From positions 512,001-576,000 of the forward strand of contig CAXXDV010000001.1 of NCBI GenBank assembly GCA_963674745.2: 64,000 nucleotides of DNA, in the 5' to 3' direction. This stretch comes from Desulfosudaceae bacterium (GTDB lineage: Bacteria; Desulfobacterota; Desulfobacteria; Desulfobacterales; Desulfosudaceae). The position numbers and the translations under genes were made by a program. The notes beneath the pieces were generated by a model. The model searched no databases. It had not been told where the DNA came from and was given only the letters and a program-made list of their open reading frames with translations. Below, piece by piece: positions 61,265 through 64,000 of the stretch; position 1 is the first letter of the stretch, and every line of letters starts with the position of its first letter.

Positions 61265-62248
61265 TCATGGTATGTCCTTGCCTGCGGTGATGCCTAAATA
61301 AAGCGTGATAACCCGGATGTCACCATGCAGGCCCCACCATGCGTAGCCTTTCGGAGTGCCCTCATCAAATTCGGCCGTCGGCTTCAGGGCAATAATTTCC
61401 TCCAATGTATGGCCGGCTTTTATCAAGTACGCGATTTTTTCAGTCTGGGTGACCTGCACTTCATGATCCCTCAATAAATCCTCGAGAGACGAGACAACGC
61501 CAATGGAATGACCGGTGACAATTCTGGTTTTATCGTCGCACAGTGCCAGCACCATTTTCTGACCATCAATGATCCCATAGGGACTTCCATCCACGTTCAG
61601 GCAGTATCCATGATGAAAAAAAACATCCCCGGTGGCAACAACGTTGGTTTCCTGAAAATGAACAACCAGTTGAGTGGCGGTGTGGCCCGACGGTGCATGC
61701 ATGATCTTTATCGTCTGGTTGTTGAAATAAAGGGTCATCGAATTCGGGGGCGCCAGGGTGAGCACCGGCAGGCCGCTCGGAGGCTGCCCGTCACTTCGGC
61801 GATATCGCTTTCCGGGTTCAGCCGGGTTGACGATTTCATAAGGTTTTATCGTCTCCAGGCGTCCTTCATCCGCAGCGATGATGACGGCTCCCCGCTCGGC
61901 AAAGTATGAATTTCCACCAACATGATCACCATGAACCTCGGTATTGATGATATATCGAACCGGCCGGTCACCGACAAGTTCCTTAACCGCAGGAATGACC
62001 CTGTCATCAAGGTATGCGGGATGTCCGCTGTCTACCAGGAGTACGCCATCGGGCCCGCTCAGCACGGTCATATTGCCGCCTACCCCCCCGATCATCCACA
62101 TGTTCTCTGCCAATTCATGGGTTACCACCCACTCTTCCTCCGGCCATTGCATAAATCCATCTAACATCGATTCCGTTTTCATGGTGTATCCCGTTGGCGC
62201 TCCCACACCCGTCTCGGGGTTTAACGGCTTTGCGATTCCCATTTTCAC
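61265..62248 (-). CDS. MBL-fold metallohydrolase (cyclase-like)
   Basis: GGN, LVDSG, TEVHGDHVGGN, GHT, TGD, TGH. Confidence 0.85.
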   Translation of the reverse strand: MKMGIAKPLNPETGVGAPTGYTMKTESMLDGFMQWPEEEWVVTHELAENMWMIGGVGGNMTVLSGPDGVLLVDSGHPAYLDDRVIPAVKELVGDRPVRYIINTEVHGDHVGGNSYFAERGAVIIAADEGRLETIKPYEIVNPAEPGKRYRRSDGQPPSGLPVLTLAPPNSMTLYFNNQTIKIMHAPSGHTATQLVVHFQETNVVATGDVFFHHGYCLNVDGSPYGIIDGQKMVLALCDDKTRIVTGHSIGVVSSLEDLLRDHEVQVTQTEKIAYLIKAGHTLEEIIALKPTAEFDEGTPKGYAWWGLHGDIRVITLYLGITAGKDIP

Positions 62249-62361
62249 CTTCCAATTATTGTTAACATCGTGATGCTGTTTATTTGCTGAATTAGTTTCA
62301 AGATATAGGCAATTGTCCTGGTATGCTTACCGGGGCAATGATCTCTATCAAATCCTGTCTT

Positions 62362-62798
62362 TCAATATTTCATTTTTATCGTAATTTTCGTGCTGCGTTC
62401 CATTTTGAAGGATGCTTTTTCGAACGCGGGTGGTCCGAGGGCCCCTTTGGCGTTGTTGGAAAAGGCGTAACCCTCCCTCGGAATCCCCAGGCGGTTCTTG
62501 TCCAGCTTGAAATTGGCGTTGGCGTCGTGGAAAACAGCCACGGCGTATTCGCCCGGGTCGGGACGTTGTGGAAGGTATAGGTGAGGATCGTGCTTTTCAG
62601 GGGCACATCCTCGCTCATGTCATCCTTGTGGATGCATTTGCCCGGGGTCCTGGTCCAGCAGGAAAAGCAACCGACGAGGTTTATTACCTCCACTTTGGCC
62701 CCTGCACCGGCCATGCCCTCTATAAGAGCCTCGAGCATGATCTGGGTCTTGCTGTCGGCGCCTGTCCGGGCACTGGAATTGACCGCGAAAACCTTCAT
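62362..62798 (-). pseudogene. chimeric remnant: iron-sulfur flavoprotein N-terminus + DUF2141 C-terminus
   Basis: NSSAR..GCFSCW..PGKC..KDDM, then after a frameshift PGEYAVAVFHDANANFKLDKNRLGIPREGYAFSNN...PPAFEKASF. Confidence 0.7.
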
Positions 62799-62909
62799 TT
62801 ACCCCTCCTTACTAAACGAACGGCCGCAAGTTATACACCCTGCAGCCGTTCGTTTATTTGACTGTAGTTCAATCAGTTACGGTTTTTCAATTTCTGTTCC
62901 GGGCCCGCG

Positions 62910-63866
62910 TTACCTGGAAAACTGGTAGAAGAAATCCACGATTTCCCGGGCAAGGTCCACGCCATTGTCATTCCAGGCATCCCCTGCACCCGTCAGGTAG
63001 GGCGCATGACCCGCGTCGAGCTTGAGCATTTCTACTTTGACGCCCCCGTTACAATCACAATAGGTTTTACGCCAGGCATTCCAGTTCCAGGATTGGGTGA
63101 TTGACGGAAATGGCCATCCGGCACATCCGTTCATAAATGCCCAGTCATTAAAACCGTCTTCCGTCGTGCCATACAAGGTGAGCATGCCGGCAAACATCAA
63201 TGGGTCCCTGTTGCCGAGGACCTGAAGCACCGCCACCGGCTGGGAAGGCCATGACCAGACACCGTATTCGACAAGCGGGAAGGACACGGGTGCAATCGCC
63301 GCGAATATATCGGCTGCCTGCAGTCCCAGCTGGTGAGTCAGGGCAGCGCCGTTGGAGTGGCCGTGGGCATAAACACGATCCGGATCCACATCTGCCCGGG
63401 CTTTGACCCAGGAGACCATCTTCCTGATAAAACCGACATCATTTACATTGACACCCCCCATGGCCGAGGCGCCCGGGCAACAGACGACACCATTCCAGGA
63501 ATTGCCTAATCCGAGGGGGTTGGATCCCTGCGGTGAGACCCAGATAAACCCTTTTTCATCTGCCAGTGCCTTGATCCCATGATAACCCCCTATATCTGAG
63601 GTTCCGCCATGGCCATGAATATCAACCACCATCGGCGCCGGCCCGGTTAAGCCCTGGGGGATATAAACCTTGAACGTTCTTGTGTTGTTAAATCCGTCAT
63701 TAAATTTAATAGAGATATCATGGGTTACGCCGGGTGTAAGATCGCCGGGGTCGGACGGGGGCGGCGGCGGCGGAGCACTTGCGAACACAGCGGTTGATAG
63801 AAAAAGCAGGAAAAGGGTAATGATTGACATAACCGCTGTTTTTCTTAACCGGTTTTTTTTCTTCAT
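62910..63866 (-). CDS. secreted LpqC-family esterase
   Basis: WNGVVCC, DVGFI, GHSNGA; signal peptide then APPPPPPSDP. Confidence 0.87.
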   Translation of the reverse strand: MKKKNRLRKTAVMSIITLFLLFLSTAVFASAPPPPPPSDPGDLTPGVTHDISIKFNDGFNNTRTFKVYIPQGLTGPAPMVVDIHGHGGTSDIGGYHGIKALADEKGFIWVSPQGSNPLGLGNSWNGVVCCPGASAMGGVNVNDVGFIRKMVSWVKARADVDPDRVYAHGHSNGAALTHQLGLQAADIFAAIAPVSFPLVEYGVWSWPSQPVAVLQVLGNRDPLMFAGMLTLYGTTEDGFNDWAFMNGCAGWPFPSITQSWNWNAWRKTYCDCNGGVKVEMLKLDAGHAPYLTGAGDAWNDNGVDLAREIVDFFYQFSR

Positions 63867-63934
63867 TGTTTCTTCCCCCTTACATTTTTATGGTGTTTGT
63901 TCAAATGCGATTATAACGAGTTACATCTTGTAGA

Positions 63935-63980
63935 GCATTATTCATGCCAAAACAATTATGTTCAAATATTCAAATGGTTA
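63935..63980 (-). promoter_or_regulatory. sigma54 promoter + IHF-like site
   Basis: TGGCATGAATAATGC (63935-63949); attcaaatggtta (63968-63980). Confidence 0.75.
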
Positions 63981-64000
63981 TAATTTATCAGCAGTATCTG

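Overview
A gene-dense 64 kb window, probably from an anaerobic deltaproteobacterium (Desulfobacterales-like; inferred from gene content only). I saw no rRNA, tRNA or CRISPR array. It is an accessory catabolic region with several paralog expansions: 3 GAF-type sigma54 activators, 2 C45 Ntn-hydrolases, 3 LpqC-type esterases, 4 orphan DctP-like binding proteins, 2 MerR-TetR fusions and several TetRs. It also carries a beta-oxidation-like operon with a thiolase-fold aldolase plus DUF35, a molybdopterin oxidoreductase, and a PhlG hydrolase/AprAB-like flavoprotein operon. Two signals stand out. (1) An apparent sigma54 regulon: five promoters share one architecture (-24/-12 box YGGCAYNAWTAATGC, an IHF-like site at fixed distance and, in the four where it can be seen, a tandem AAATAG-type upstream element). 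They drive secreted hydrolases with near-identical signal peptides, usually followed by a polyproline tract, three of which share a shuffled ~90-aa module. (2) Two integron gene cassettes sit at non-attI chromosomal sites; one splits a molybdopterin oxidoreductase gene whose frame is restored by removing the cassette. There are also several pseudogene remnants and two palindromic repeat elements.
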